The notes: generated by a model not told the origin, from the sequence alone. Counted from the first letter of the stretch, positions 39,760-50,357 are shown. The stretch: DNA of 64,000 bases from a bacterium (GCA_046757165.1 JBHHXT010000005.1:1396-65395), one strand, 5' to 3'. Numbers and translations: made by a program.

Positions 39760-40881
39760 ATGCCGGGACTCGCCTTGCTCCTCGCGACCTTCCTGCCTTT
39801 CCTGCTTTCTGCTCAGGAAATGTCCTTCGAAGAGTACGACCCCCCGTCGACGCTGGTCGTGCCGCAGCACAAGGTCACGCGGGCAAAGTATCCCATCATC
39901 GACGTCCACAGCCACCTTTGGCGCACAGACGAGAGCTACCTGGATTCCGTGGTCGTCGATATGGACAAGCTCAACATCGCAATTCTGGTCAACCTGAGCG
40001 GTCGCGGATTCGATTTGATACGCTATCCGGACAGGCGGGATAGCGAGGCAGAAACCCGATTTCTCGACACCTTTCTGCAGAACACAAAGAAACATGCCGG
40101 CCGTTTTATCACCTTCACCAATATCAGCTACGTCGGCATCGATGAGCCGGATTGGACGGCGCGCACCGTCGAACAGATCGAAGCGGATGTCGAGCTCGGC
40201 GCCAGGGGGCTCAAGATCTACAAAGACCTCGGTCTGACGGTCAAATACGCGGACGGCAGACGGGTGCCCGTCGACGACCCCAAACTCGATCCCATCTGGG
40301 AAAAATGCGGCGAGCTTGGCATTCCGGTCCTGATCCACTCCGGTGAACCCGCCAGTTTCTGGAAACCGAAGGACAAGTACAATGAGCGCTGGCTGGAGCT
40401 CAAGCAAAAGCCGCAACGATACCGGGACCCGAAGATCTATCCTCCCTGGGAGCAGGTGATGGCAGAGCACCACCACGTCTTCGAGAAACATCCCAACACC
40501 ATCTTCATCAGTGCGCACCTGGGCTGGCGGGGAAACGACCTGGCGAGTCTGGGAAAAAAGTTAGACGAGCACCCCAACATGTACACCGAAATCGGCGCGG
40601 TTCTGGCCGAACTCGGACGGCAGCCGCGGTTTGCGCGCCAGTGGTTCATCAAGTATCAGGACCGGGTGCTGTTTGGCAAGGATCTGTGGCGGCCGCAGGA
40701 ATATCATGTCTATTTCCGCACGCTGGAAACCGCCGATGAGTACTTCAAGTACTACCGCAGACGGCACGCCTTCTGGCGGCTGTACGGTCTGGATTTACCG
40801 GACGAGGTGCTCGAGAAGCTCTACTACAAAAACGCCTTGAAGATCATTCCCGGCATCGATGTGTCGCGATTCCCGGATTGA
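39760..40881 (+). CDS. Amidohydrolase-2 family metal-dependent hydrolase (TIM barrel), secreted
   Basis: Signal peptide MPGLALLLATFLPFLLSAQE. IIDVHSHLW metal-binding motif. Confidence 0.75.
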   Translation: MPGLALLLATFLPFLLSAQEMSFEEYDPPSTLVVPQHKVTRAKYPIIDVHSHLWRTDESYLDSVVVDMDKLNIAILVNLSGRGFDLIRYPDRRDSEAETRFLDTFLQNTKKHAGRFITFTNISYVGIDEPDWTARTVEQIEADVELGARGLKIYKDLGLTVKYADGRRVPVDDPKLDPIWEKCGELGIPVLIHSGEPASFWKPKDKYNERWLELKQKPQRYRDPKIYPPWEQVMAEHHHVFEKHPNTIFISAHLGWRGNDLASLGKKLDEHPNMYTEIGAVLAELGRQPRFARQWFIKYQDRVLFGKDLWRPQEYHVYFRTLETADEYFKYYRRRHAFWRLYGLDLPDEVLEKLYYKNALKIIPGIDVSRFPD

Positions 40882-40887
40882 TTCTTA

Positions 40888-42216
40888 TCACTTCAACATG
40901 CCCTCATGCCAATGGTCCGCCACGAGAGAATCGATGATCTGTTGTCCTCGATGTCCAAAGATCGGATGGGGCTGCAATGACAATTCGTCCGCCAATTCGA
41001 TGGCGACTTTCGCCGGGGGCTCTCCGCTGCTTTGAGATCGCCGCAAGACCCTGAGCGCCGTCTGGTAGACAGAGTTCTGCCACTCTTTGGAAAGCTGTCT
41101 TGCAATGACCGGATCGTTTGTCACGCTCCCGTACTGTTCGTTGGCACAGTTGACGATGCCCATTCGGTTGGTCAGGAAGTCAGGCACGTACAGGATGCCC
41201 TGCGCATGCAGCGACTTATCATCACGATCAGCGTCCTCGAGCTGGTTGTTAGCGGCGCCGCAGATGATTTTCGCTTTGATTTTCGGAATGGTCTGCGGGT
41301 TCAGAATCGCGCCGGTAGCACAGGGGGCGAGGATTTCACACTCTGTCGCAAGAATGGCAGAATCCTCACGCGCAACGAGCCGGGCGTCTAATCTGTCCGC
41401 AGGGAACTGCTGCTTGGCGCGTTCGACCACGTCCGCGCTGATGTCACAAGCGATGATCTTCTCGACGTGTCTTTCCAGCAAAAAACCGATGAGAGGCGCG
41501 CCGACGTTGCCCATCCCCTGCACCGCAACCGTCTTGCCGGCCAGAGTGCCGCGGCCGGTAAATTCGAGCGCCGCCTCCATGCCTCGCACCACGCCCAGAG
41601 CAGTCGGGACAGACGGATTGCCGCTGCCACCCAGCGCAGGCGGAATGCAGGTGGTAAATCTGGTGGTCGAAAAGATGTTTGCCATATCGTCGACGTGGGT
41701 GCCAACATCTTCCGCGGTCACGTAACAGCCGCGAATGGAGGTGACCAGCTCGCCGTACTCGCGATAGATCGAGGCACGGGCCTCCACGTCGTGTGGGTCG
41801 ATTTTCGGATTCCGTGCCATCACTCCTTTGCCGCCGCCCCACCAGATGCCGGCGAGGGCGTTTTTGCGCGTCATGCCTTTGGAGAGCCGCAAGCCGTCCC
41901 GCAGATAGGACTCCAGCGTTTCGTACTGCCAGTAGCGCACGCCGCCTGCGCCCTGGCCGCGCACGGTCCGGTGCACAAAGGCGCCTTGCAGCGTGTCATA
42001 CCTCCGGCTGATGTGAAAAAAAAGGCCCTCGTGCTGCATGAAATCACGCCGGTCCTCCTGCACAAAATCAGCTACTGGTTGCAGCAGCGCATGAGAAGCT
42101 GTGACTCTCCTGGCTTCCGGATCGTAAACAAAATAGAAACGTCGCAGCCCCTCTTTTTGCACCAACTCCACGAATTCCTGCGGATGAAGGTCGAGGAGAT
42201 CTCGAGATGAGCTCAT
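40888..42216 (-). CDS. gdh: Glu/Leu/Phe/Val-family amino-acid dehydrogenase (glutamate dehydrogenase-like)
   Basis: GIWWGGGKGV catalytic Lys region. NAD(P) Rossmann GMGNVG. Confidence 0.85.
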   Translation of the reverse strand: MSSSRDLLDLHPQEFVELVQKEGLRRFYFVYDPEARRVTASHALLQPVADFVQEDRRDFMQHEGLFFHISRRYDTLQGAFVHRTVRGQGAGGVRYWQYETLESYLRDGLRLSKGMTRKNALAGIWWGGGKGVMARNPKIDPHDVEARASIYREYGELVTSIRGCYVTAEDVGTHVDDMANIFSTTRFTTCIPPALGGSGNPSVPTALGVVRGMEAALEFTGRGTLAGKTVAVQGMGNVGAPLIGFLLERHVEKIIACDISADVVERAKQQFPADRLDARLVAREDSAILATECEILAPCATGAILNPQTIPKIKAKIICGAANNQLEDADRDDKSLHAQGILYVPDFLTNRMGIVNCANEQYGSVTNDPVIARQLSKEWQNSVYQTALRVLRRSQSSGEPPAKVAIELADELSLQPHPIFGHRGQQIIDSLVADHWHEGMLK

Positions 42217-42613
42217 GGTTCGATGGAGGCAACTCCTTCAGTTTTGTATTTAGTTCAGACTCGTTCACAGTCTGGACCAGCCGTGGGTCAACATGGCTAG
42301 CCGCCTTGGCCAGGTCAGAATTTCGAAGCAACATTCCCCTCACCATCTCCACGATCTCTGAACCGAAATCACAAGAAGACGCGCAGAACCAGCTCAGGCC
42401 AAACCCACCTCTGAAAACGAACAAGTTCGTTTTCGGTCTCCTCCCCGGAGGAGATTTACCCCGCTCCCCTCCCGGGAGAGGACAGGTTCAGACAGGTTCA
42501 GAGTCTGAACCAGGAGTGGGTCAACATGGCCAGGCTTTCTGATTGGTTTTGCTTTACCACGCTAATTGTATAGTAATCATTTCTAGTCAAAAAAACAAGC
42601 TCCGAGCCTCAGG

Positions 42614-43585
42614 CTAAAAGAAAGCCTCCTTTCCAAACCGTCTCAGCAAGAGCTGCGTGACCCTTCCCGGGTCAACCTCTGGCCGAATCAAGAGAAATGG
42701 CGTTGCCCTTTGCAGCAAGATGGTTCCAGCCGGGGCGGTCACGCTGACGGTCATTTGGTACGCGCCTTCGTCCAGATCGCCCGTGAAGAAGCCGGACGCT
42801 ACACTCACCTCTTGCGCCAGCTCATGGCACAAGGAAAAGGCCGACTTGACGACTCGGCCGTTGCGGTCCAGAATTGAATAGGTGACCACCAGACCAGGCT
42901 GTTGGCTCGAGGTGAACCCGTTCAAATGATAAAGCTCACAGTACGCAAACACACTGTCGCTTTCCAAACCCACGACATGTGCGATGTTCGGGACGATTTC
43001 GCGGCCAAATTTGACCAGCATATTCTCCTCACGTGCCACTTTGATGGAAGTCGCGAGTTGGATGTCACTCATGGTTGGCTGAACCCCGGCGTAATCAGGG
43101 ACGTGCATCTTCCTGCGCACAGTCAGGCGTCTGGAAGTTTCCTGATCTTCGACCTGCATCTGAATGTCATAGAGACCGGGCTCGAGTAGAAAAGTGAAGC
43201 GTACCACCCTAACGGGTCTGGGATCATCGATATCGTAGAAGCTGTCCACCCAGACCGAGTCGATGAATTGTCTGGACGCCACGACTTCCGCATTCACATC
43301 CCTCACACTCACCACAACTCGAAACGAGGCAAAGAAACGCGTTTTCGACTTCACGAATTGTAAGTTCCCGGTAGAAATATGGCAGAAAGCTTCAACAAAT
43401 GCGTGCTTACCGTCACCGGCGTTGAAGGTCAGGACATCAAACGTGGTCAAGTACGTCTCCTCGTCGAGCCAGGCGTTTTGGGCAGAAGAATAGTCCGGCA
43501 AGGCAAAGAGAATCAGACTCAGAAAAACGACAACGAACAGCGAATGCGTCTGCTGCGACAATTGTTGGGGAAAAAAGCGGGCCAT
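42614..43585 (-). CDS. Hypothetical secreted protein
   Basis: 323 aa, signal peptide, beta-rich. No recognised domain. Confidence 0.5.
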   Translation of the reverse strand: MARFFPQQLSQQTHSLFVVVFLSLILFALPDYSSAQNAWLDEETYLTTFDVLTFNAGDGKHAFVEAFCHISTGNLQFVKSKTRFFASFRVVVSVRDVNAEVVASRQFIDSVWVDSFYDIDDPRPVRVVRFTFLLEPGLYDIQMQVEDQETSRRLTVRRKMHVPDYAGVQPTMSDIQLATSIKVAREENMLVKFGREIVPNIAHVVGLESDSVFAYCELYHLNGFTSSQQPGLVVTYSILDRNGRVVKSAFSLCHELAQEVSVASGFFTGDLDEGAYQMTVSVTAPAGTILLQRATPFLLIRPEVDPGRVTQLLLRRFGKEAFF

Positions 43586-43747
43586 ATTGTTTCTCCTTCA
43601 GATTTTGTGAAAAAAGACACATGAATCCGTCGAGAAAATAGAACGGGGCGCATCCCCGAAGGTGTACCGCGCCGATAAGATCGGAATACGAGTTTATAGG
43701 GCAGGAAGGAGCAGGGAACAGGGAACAGGGAGGAATGGACGAGTTGC

Positions 43748-44905
43748 TCAGGTGGTGTTTTTCTGGCTAAGGTCGCTTATTGCCTCATTTCTGAATTGTG
43801 AGGGGGTCATGCCTGCGTGCTTCTTGAACGCTGCGTTGAATGAGGAAATCGAGTTGAAGCCGACTTCCAGTCCAATCTCGGCCAGATTGAGATGGTGGTT
43901 GCGCGGGGCAGCAATTCTCCTCTTTGCTTCTTCCACCCGGTGGCTGTTGATGAACTCAAAAAAATTACAGTGCAACTTGTCGTTGATGATCTGTGAAAGA
44001 TGGTGGCTCGGCATTCCCAGTCGCTTCGCAAGGGTCTGCAAATTGATCTCACTTTCCAGATACGGCTTTGCCTCGGCCATGAGCTGCTTCAGTCTGTGCA
44101 GATAGGCTTCCGCCTTTCCGGGCGTCAGGGAGGAGCGCTCATATTTTCTGTTCGGAACACGGGAGACCGTCCGGGTGCCAATGCCTGCGAAAACATCCGG
44201 ACACAACAACCCCATATATCCCACCAGATAAATATCAAGCGCTATCAAAAGCCAGGTCAAGGCTTCGGTTTCCCTGCTCGGAATGATCAAGTGCGTGAGA
44301 GCCGAGACCATCCAGATAACGAAGACCGAGGTCATCAGGATTCCCAGCCAGCTCAGGCCTCGCTTGTCGAGCGCGGTCATCGAGCGCCGGATTCCTTCCC
44401 GGCTTTGTTTCAGAAGTCTGAAGAGGAAGGTGAGATAAATGGCAATCTGCAGCATGGACAGCCAAAACATGACAAGGCAGCGGACGCACGCGTACGATTG
44501 ATGGTCGAGAATGTGTGCCTGCTTGATCTGGGCCGGACTCAAAAGATAAGGCAAATAATAAACCGCGCAGAGCAGGGCGGGCAGGAAATGGAGTAAATGT
44601 CTGGGCTCAAACTTGAAGTGAGCATCGGTGTACGCTTTCACGTAAAAGTAGAACAAAGGCGCAAAGAGGAAAATCACGGTCGGCATGACCTCATCGAAGT
44701 GAGGATATCGGTACAAATAGCCCGTGTCAGCCAGCGCCTGCAGGAAGGTGCCAAACGCCATCACAAGAAGCGTGGCAGCAAAAATCCGGTGCGCCACCCG
44801 GTTGCCCCGCTGAAGGCCCAGGAAAGCCAGGCCCAACAAAAAGCCATGCCCTGAGCCAACCAGAAGCAAAATCGACAACCAGTTGATCGAGAGTTCCATA
44901 CACAA
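43748..44905 (-). CDS. AraC-family transcriptional regulator with N-terminal polytopic membrane sensor domain
   Basis: C-terminal AraC HTH ...LNLAEIGLEVGFNSISSFNAAFKKHAGMTPSQFR. About 250 aa of TM helices at the N-terminus. Confidence 0.8.
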   Translation of the reverse strand: MCMELSINWLSILLLVGSGHGFLLGLAFLGLQRGNRVAHRIFAATLLVMAFGTFLQALADTGYLYRYPHFDEVMPTVIFLFAPLFYFYVKAYTDAHFKFEPRHLLHFLPALLCAVYYLPYLLSPAQIKQAHILDHQSYACVRCLVMFWLSMLQIAIYLTFLFRLLKQSREGIRRSMTALDKRGLSWLGILMTSVFVIWMVSALTHLIIPSRETEALTWLLIALDIYLVGYMGLLCPDVFAGIGTRTVSRVPNRKYERSSLTPGKAEAYLHRLKQLMAEAKPYLESEINLQTLAKRLGMPSHHLSQIINDKLHCNFFEFINSHRVEEAKRRIAAPRNHHLNLAEIGLEVGFNSISSFNAAFKKHAGMTPSQFRNEAISDLSQKNTT

Positions 44906-45159
44906 TGCGGCTGATTACATGATCGAGATTTCAGGAGTTCTTACAAAGATTAGATCATACGCAGACTTGTGTAAAAAGTTCATGGCAAGAAAATGGTCAA
45001 GAATGACCGCCGCGGGATTTGTTCCGCCGCGGAATGCATCCCATGGCTCGGGTGTATAAGGACGCTGAAGCGCCCTGTTGGTGGGGTCGAGAGAAATCAG
45101 CGAGCAGCATCGATGATGGTTGCTCGCCTGAGCCGGGCGATTCATCGCCAGGCGGGACT

Positions 45160-46668
45160 CTAATTCGACCCATGTTCCGCAGTCAGCAGGTCTCTGGCTT
45201 TGTCGATTTCAAGTTGGAGCTGCTCATCCTGAAACCTGGCGGCTTCTTGAAAGGCTGCGCTGGCTTTCTCTGATTCGCCACTCTCGAGGTAGCATTTGCC
45301 GATGTAGAAGTGCGCCCAGGGTTTGATCCAGTCCGCCTCGACCTCCTCCATCCGGACGATTCTTTGGAATCTCGCCAGGGCAGACTGATAGGCCCCTTTG
45401 TCAAACATGGCCGTGGCGATATTGTAATTCATCTCGGCCAACTTGCTGCGAGAAAAGGTTCCGTCCCCATTTTGGGATTTGGCCAGCGCTCCCTGGTAGA
45501 CCTCGATGATCTCATCGAAATTTCGATTTCGAGCCGCCTGTTTCAGCCGTGGCAGGGGTTTCTTAATCCGTTCCCGCGCCATCTTGTAGGCGTGTTTGTG
45601 GTCTGATCGCTTCACCCTTCGATAGTATTCAAGGGCGGTCTCTCGTCTGCCGAGCAGGTCGTAGCTCCGCCCCAGATTCAGGTTGGCGAGTGCAAAAACC
45701 CACTTCACGTTACCGGTGGATTGTGTGGCATATCTGAGGGAGTTCTGATAATGTGTAATCGCTTTCGGCAGGTCGCGCTGGTTGTAATAGAGATTGCCAA
45801 GCCGGAAGTGAGAGCTGATGACCAACACCGGGAACTGCGGCGCGCTGGTGTCTTCGACGAGGCGGCTGAGGGTTTTGGCCGCCTGGTCATTCATTCCCAG
45901 CTTCTGATAGGTCTCTCCAAGAAGCATCAAATAGGTGCCGTTTTCCGGATAAAGATCGGCAAGTTTTTCAAAATAGACCCGCGATTTTTGGTAGTCTTTT
46001 TCGATATAGAGGTGAATGCTGCCCAGAAATAACAACGCCTCCGCACGCGAATAGGTGCCATGCTCCGCCGCCAGCTCCAGCTCTGCCAGCCCCTTTTCCC
46101 GGTCTGCTTCGATTCCCAAAAGAAAGGTCACGGCTTTAGCAAATTTGGGGATCACGTCGGCATAGTAATGATAGAGACCCAGCCCAAGGTACGCATCATA
46201 ATATTCAGGCTCGAGGGCGACGACACGCTCGAGATATTCGATGCCGTCGCGGCCATACCAGTATGCTCTGAGCCAGTTGCTCTCCCAGCCATGGTAGGTG
46301 GCCAGATAGACGTTGGCTGTGCCGAGATAAAAAAGGGCATCGAGTTTTTCCTCTTTCTTGCCAAGTTTGCGCTTTGCGTGCTCGATGGCCTGCTGCGAGA
46401 ACTCGAGAAACTTCTTTGCAAATTTCTCATGGTGCTCTTCCAACTGGTAGCGGTAGTAATAGCTCACGGTCAACAGGAGGTACCCGTGGGGGTTGTCGGG
46501 TTCAAGCTCGATGAGGTCTTGAAAGGTTTCAGTCGCCTGGTCAAAGTGCAGGTTGTAGGCAAGCTCAATCCCCCGGGCCGTGAGCTCTTGATAATTGCGG
46601 TCAGAAGACAACGTTTGCGCAGGCAAAACCAAACCAACCACAAATAGGAATAAACTTTTTGCGCGCAA
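45160..46668 (-). CDS. Secreted TPR-repeat protein
   Basis: 502 aa with a signal peptide and numerous TPR units. Confidence 0.7.
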   Translation of the reverse strand: MRAKSLFLFVVGLVLPAQTLSSDRNYQELTARGIELAYNLHFDQATETFQDLIELEPDNPHGYLLLTVSYYYRYQLEEHHEKFAKKFLEFSQQAIEHAKRKLGKKEEKLDALFYLGTANVYLATYHGWESNWLRAYWYGRDGIEYLERVVALEPEYYDAYLGLGLYHYYADVIPKFAKAVTFLLGIEADREKGLAELELAAEHGTYSRAEALLFLGSIHLYIEKDYQKSRVYFEKLADLYPENGTYLMLLGETYQKLGMNDQAAKTLSRLVEDTSAPQFPVLVISSHFRLGNLYYNQRDLPKAITHYQNSLRYATQSTGNVKWVFALANLNLGRSYDLLGRRETALEYYRRVKRSDHKHAYKMARERIKKPLPRLKQAARNRNFDEIIEVYQGALAKSQNGDGTFSRSKLAEMNYNIATAMFDKGAYQSALARFQRIVRMEEVEADWIKPWAHFYIGKCYLESGESEKASAAFQEAARFQDEQLQLEIDKARDLLTAEHGSN

Positions 46669-46803
46669 TGGATGGATAACTGCGTTCCTTTCGACAAAGC
46701 GATGATGGGCAGTAATTTTGAATATAGTGAATCTTTGATTCTAATCAAATAGAATTCTTTGCAAAACAAAGGTGCCGGAACAGGAATCTTTCCCCGGGAT
46801 AAG

Positions 46804-47115
46804 ATGTTAAACTCAAAGAACCCATTTTCCTGGATAGAGACCATGTGCTGTTTTTACGAAGCCAAGACACTGAAGCTCAACAACAAAGACATCCCGACGG
46901 AGCCGACCGAGCAGCCGGACTTGATTCGCATCCGCACAAAGTTCGCGGGCCAGCGTTGTCCGGTATGCCTGGGATATGGCCGACTGAAGTGTCTCGACTG
47001 TGAAGGCGGGCGGGTTGCTTTTCTGGGCGGTTTCCAGCAATGCGGACGGTGCCTGGGGGCAGGGATCAGGGCGTGCGCGGTCTGTGAGGCCCATGGCTTC
47101 ATCAGGCCCGCTTAA
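46804..47115 (+). CDS. Small protein with DnaJ-CR-like zinc finger (4x CxxC)
   Basis: CPVCLGYGRLKCLDCEGG ... CGRCLGAGIRACAVCEAHG. Start uncertain among 46759, 46804 and 46843. Confidence 0.55.
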   Translation: MLNSKNPFSWIETMCCFYEAKTLKLNNKDIPTEPTEQPDLIRIRTKFAGQRCPVCLGYGRLKCLDCEGGRVAFLGGFQQCGRCLGAGIRACAVCEAHGFIRPA

Positions 47116-47162
47116 CCTCACGCGCTCTCCGCTGAAGAGCGGTCAAGCAAACACGCCGATGG

Positions 47163-47196
47163 CGATCCAACACGGTCTCTGACCGTGTTTTTTTTA
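47163..47196 (+). terminator. Rho-independent terminator-like hairpin + T-run (repeat family R5; second copy 30459-30488)
   Basis: GATCCAACACGGTCTCTGACCGTGTTTTTTTT follows the Zn-finger gene. A near-identical 31-nt copy at 30459 directly abuts the R2 MITE. Confidence 0.6.
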
Positions 47197-47262
47197 CGAA
47201 CGTGGGAGTGTCCAAAAAGTCCTGGCATGTCATTGCGAACTTTTTGGACAGCCCCACGGATC
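47195..47262. repeat. R3 family short copy
   Basis: GTGTCCAAAAAGTCCTGGCATGTCATTGCGAACTTTTTGGACAGCCCC. Confidence 0.65.
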
Positions 47263-47334
47263 TTTGGCTGACAACTTCGAAACAAAAAGGTCGGGCAAGA
47301 TCAGCGCGCAAACCGTATTGGGCCACGTTCGCGC

Positions 47335-48228
47335 TTATTTCTGTGTCATCTCCTCAGAGTAGCTTTTGTAAATCGTCGCGATCCAGCGTTCGGTCGAAAT
47401 GAAACTCCAGCTCCACGATTTCCACTCCTCCTGCAAGCCATCCGTTTTGATCTCGTCCAAACTTCGACCCTCTTTCATCTTCTGGGTCACCAGGCTGGTG
47501 GTCTCCTGGAGCATGCGGTAGTTGGTCTGCAAGTCATCCTTTGTCGCCAGCGGTCCGTGACCCGGGATGATTTTCACATCATCCGGCAGCTCGTCGAGCA
47601 CTTTCTTGACGTTGGCCATATACCCCTGCACCGAGCCGCCGCTATCGAGATCGACAAAGGGCAGGAGACCGGAGAAATAGTGGTCGCCCATGTGCACAAC
47701 GTTCGACCCGGTGAAGTAGACCACGGCGTCGCCGTCTGTGTGACCTCGCGGGAAATGCAGCGCCTTGATTTCCTCGCCATTGAAATGAATCGACACGGAC
47801 TGCTCGAAGGTCAGCACAGGCCAGGCGTCCTCAGGCTGGTCGCCCATGATGCGTTTGCGGACATTGGTGTGGGCGATGATCGTGCCATCCTTGCTGAACC
47901 CGATGTTGCCGCTGGTGTGGTCACCATGAACGTGCGTATTCAATATGTATTTGGGACTGTCGCCGCCCAGTTCCTTGATCGCTGTCTTGATCTTATCGCC
48001 GAGCGGCGCCATCTTGGAGTCGACCATGACCACGCCATCGTCGCCAACGGAAACGCCGATGTTGCCGCCGCTAAAGGCTTTCGAATCATCGCGGCCATGG
48101 ATCATGTAAACGTTGCCCGCGACTTTGGTGGCCACGATTTCAATCTTGGAGGCATCCTGTTGAACCACAGCAAAACTGGCGCTCAACGCGAACAACCCCA
48201 CAAAAATCATTAAATAAATCTTCCTCAT
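47335..48228 (-). CDS. MBL-fold metallo-hydrolase, secreted
   Basis: HVHGDHTSGN (HxHxDH) motif. Signal peptide. Confidence 0.85.
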   Translation of the reverse strand: MRKIYLMIFVGLFALSASFAVVQQDASKIEIVATKVAGNVYMIHGRDDSKAFSGGNIGVSVGDDGVVMVDSKMAPLGDKIKTAIKELGGDSPKYILNTHVHGDHTSGNIGFSKDGTIIAHTNVRKRIMGDQPEDAWPVLTFEQSVSIHFNGEEIKALHFPRGHTDGDAVVYFTGSNVVHMGDHYFSGLLPFVDLDSGGSVQGYMANVKKVLDELPDDVKIIPGHGPLATKDDLQTNYRMLQETTSLVTQKMKEGRSLDEIKTDGLQEEWKSWSWSFISTERWIATIYKSYSEEMTQK

Positions 48229-48336
48229 GTGCTCCTCCTTATTTTGTTAAACGTAGGGTCAAAAGTTTGTTTGACGGTGCACGACTCTGTTCTGCTGTCT
48301 TCGCTTGCATCCCGGCCTCAAGAGACACGGCTTTAG

Positions 48337-48455
48337 CATTTCATGCAACGCTAAAGCGTTGCACTCCTCTTTATCTCTTTAAGATATGCATAATCAAACA
48401 CTTATACGAATACTTGCTAATCTCTTGTGAATAATCCAGGCTAGTTTGTCTGTCG
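48337..48455. repeat. R2 family partial copy (lacks left TIR); its terminal CTAG supplies the stop codon of the adjacent VKOR gene
   Basis: GCTTTAGCATTTCATGCAACGCTAAAGCGTTGCACTCC ... GTGAATAATCCAGGCTAG. The minus-strand TAG stop of 48441-49748 is the CTA of CTAG. Confidence 0.75.
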
Positions 48456-49748
48456 CCTGATTTCCTCTCGAATGATCTCCTGCACGATCTCTGGGTGTCG
48501 CCAGTATTTCACACGCCGCCCGTTGATGACCAACGTCGGCGTCGATCGGATAATTCCCCCGGTGTACTCGATTTCCGAGCGCACCCGGACATAGGTCCTG
48601 ATGTCTTCCATCTCCCTCTCGAATTCGCGACGTGGCCAGCCATACTTTTCAGCCAGGTCCAGCATCAGGTCCCGGCTCAAGTTCTGCTGTTTCTGAAACA
48701 GGTCATCGTGGAACTGCCAAAACTTCCCGCGCCGCTGCGCACAAACCGCGGCCCGCGCAGCAAGTCCAGCGTACGGATGGATGTTGCCGCGGATGTAGCG
48801 GTTGATTTTTGGGTCCAGCGGGAAATTCGCAAAGACGAAGCGCACCTGGTCGCGAAACTCCCACAGCAGCCCGCGCAGGTGAAACGCAGCGTCGCGGCAG
48901 TGTGAACACTGGAAATCGCTGAACTCCACAATGGCCACCCGGGCCTGTGGATTCCCCCATACCGGTGCCTGCGGGTGCACCCGGACCGTCTTTTGTCCTT
49001 GTTGAAAATGGTTTTCGACCTCCGCCGCTACATCGAACTCGGGCAGTTTGAAGTAGCGCTTCTCGAGACGGTCAGCCAACACAACTCCGCCGGCGAACAC
49101 AGCCACTGCCAGGACACCACAAAAAGCAGCACCTCGCAGCAATCTGAGACGCGGCCCGCCCCCACCCTCGCTGGCAAACACTCCCCGAAGGAAGAGCGGC
49201 AACTCTCGCAGACGAAAGCCGAGCGCCCGCATGAACAGCCAGAAAAGCGCCAGATTCACCAGATACATCGAGACGCAGACCGGGCAGAGTAGTTTCAGAA
49301 CAAAGAACAAAGTGAACGCTTTATACCCGGTGAAGACAAGCGCCAACAAGGTGGCGAGCCCCCCAAACGCCAGCACGGTCCGGTCAGTGCGCCGGAAAAT
49401 CGCCCACAAACCGATGCCCAGGATCAAGACGTAATAGAGTAGCCCCCACCATGCGACCGGCAGGCCCCGAAAAAAGGCATAACTGGAAGCAAGAACTGCA
49501 TCGCAGTTGATCCAGGCATTCACCGAGCATGCGCTCGGGTCGACAAGCCCCCGCCAGCGAATGTAAATCGTTTGATAGGAGGCGTAGAGCGCCAGCGCCG
49601 CCCCTGCCAGGCTCACTGCCCCTAACGCCCAAGCAGGCCAACGTGCCGCCCGGGTGTCGAGTGCGGAAGGGGTCTCCCCCTCCCTGTCACGGCCTTCCGG
49701 GTTGCCAGAGGGGTCAAGATGTGGAACGGAATCCTGCTCTTTCTTCAT
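48441..49748 (-). CDS. Vitamin K epoxide reductase (VKOR) fused to a thioredoxin-like DsbA domain
   Basis: VKOR TM core with CSVNAWINC and CPVC. C-terminal Trx-fold FSDFQCSHC. Confidence 0.8.
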   Translation of the reverse strand: MKKEQDSVPHLDPSGNPEGRDREGETPSALDTRAARWPAWALGAVSLAGAALALYASYQTIYIRWRGLVDPSACSVNAWINCDAVLASSYAFFRGLPVAWWGLLYYVLILGIGLWAIFRRTDRTVLAFGGLATLLALVFTGYKAFTLFFVLKLLCPVCVSMYLVNLALFWLFMRALGFRLRELPLFLRGVFASEGGGGPRLRLLRGAAFCGVLAVAVFAGGVVLADRLEKRYFKLPEFDVAAEVENHFQQGQKTVRVHPQAPVWGNPQARVAIVEFSDFQCSHCRDAAFHLRGLLWEFRDQVRFVFANFPLDPKINRYIRGNIHPYAGLAARAAVCAQRRGKFWQFHDDLFQKQQNLSRDLMLDLAEKYGWPRREFEREMEDIRTYVRVRSEIEYTGGIIRSTPTLVINGRRVKYWRHPEIVQEIIREEIRRQTN

Positions 49749-50357
49749 TTTGAAATCGTATATGAGAAGTTAGACTGGATTATTCCTAGCGCGGCAAAGC
49801 CGCAATAAAATTATGAACCGCAAAGACGCAAAACTCGCAAAGGTTCCAATCTTAAGAGACGGGCTCTAACGATCAGTCAATAATCTATCGTATTTTGACC
49901 TTTGCGTTCATTGCGTCTTTGCGGTTTAGTTTTCTTGCAAGAAAATGCAAAAGTTCGGCGGTAATACTCTAATGCAGCAACGTTGCAAATGAATGGAACG
50001 CTGGATTTAACGGATTTGCACGGAACTGAATTTGGTCCGATCCGTGTTCCATCTTTTGCACTTTTAGACGGAGAACACGCAGCGTTCAGGTATTTTCAGC
50101 TATTTCCGCCGCCATCTGAAAAACAAACATTACGAAATATACAAGAAAGGATCAAATAAACAACATATTTTCCCGCGTTGTCGTGTGCCTATCTCGATTG
50201 CGTGAGACATAATCAAAAGGCCCCTGAAATCACAGGGGCCCTTTATGGGAGGAGGAAGAGTAATCAGAACATCGAATGAACTGGTCGTTTATGACGCCAA
50301 AATCAGTGCGATGTTTCATCGCCACCGGCTGATGAACGTCCGGCTGCTGGTTGGCTC

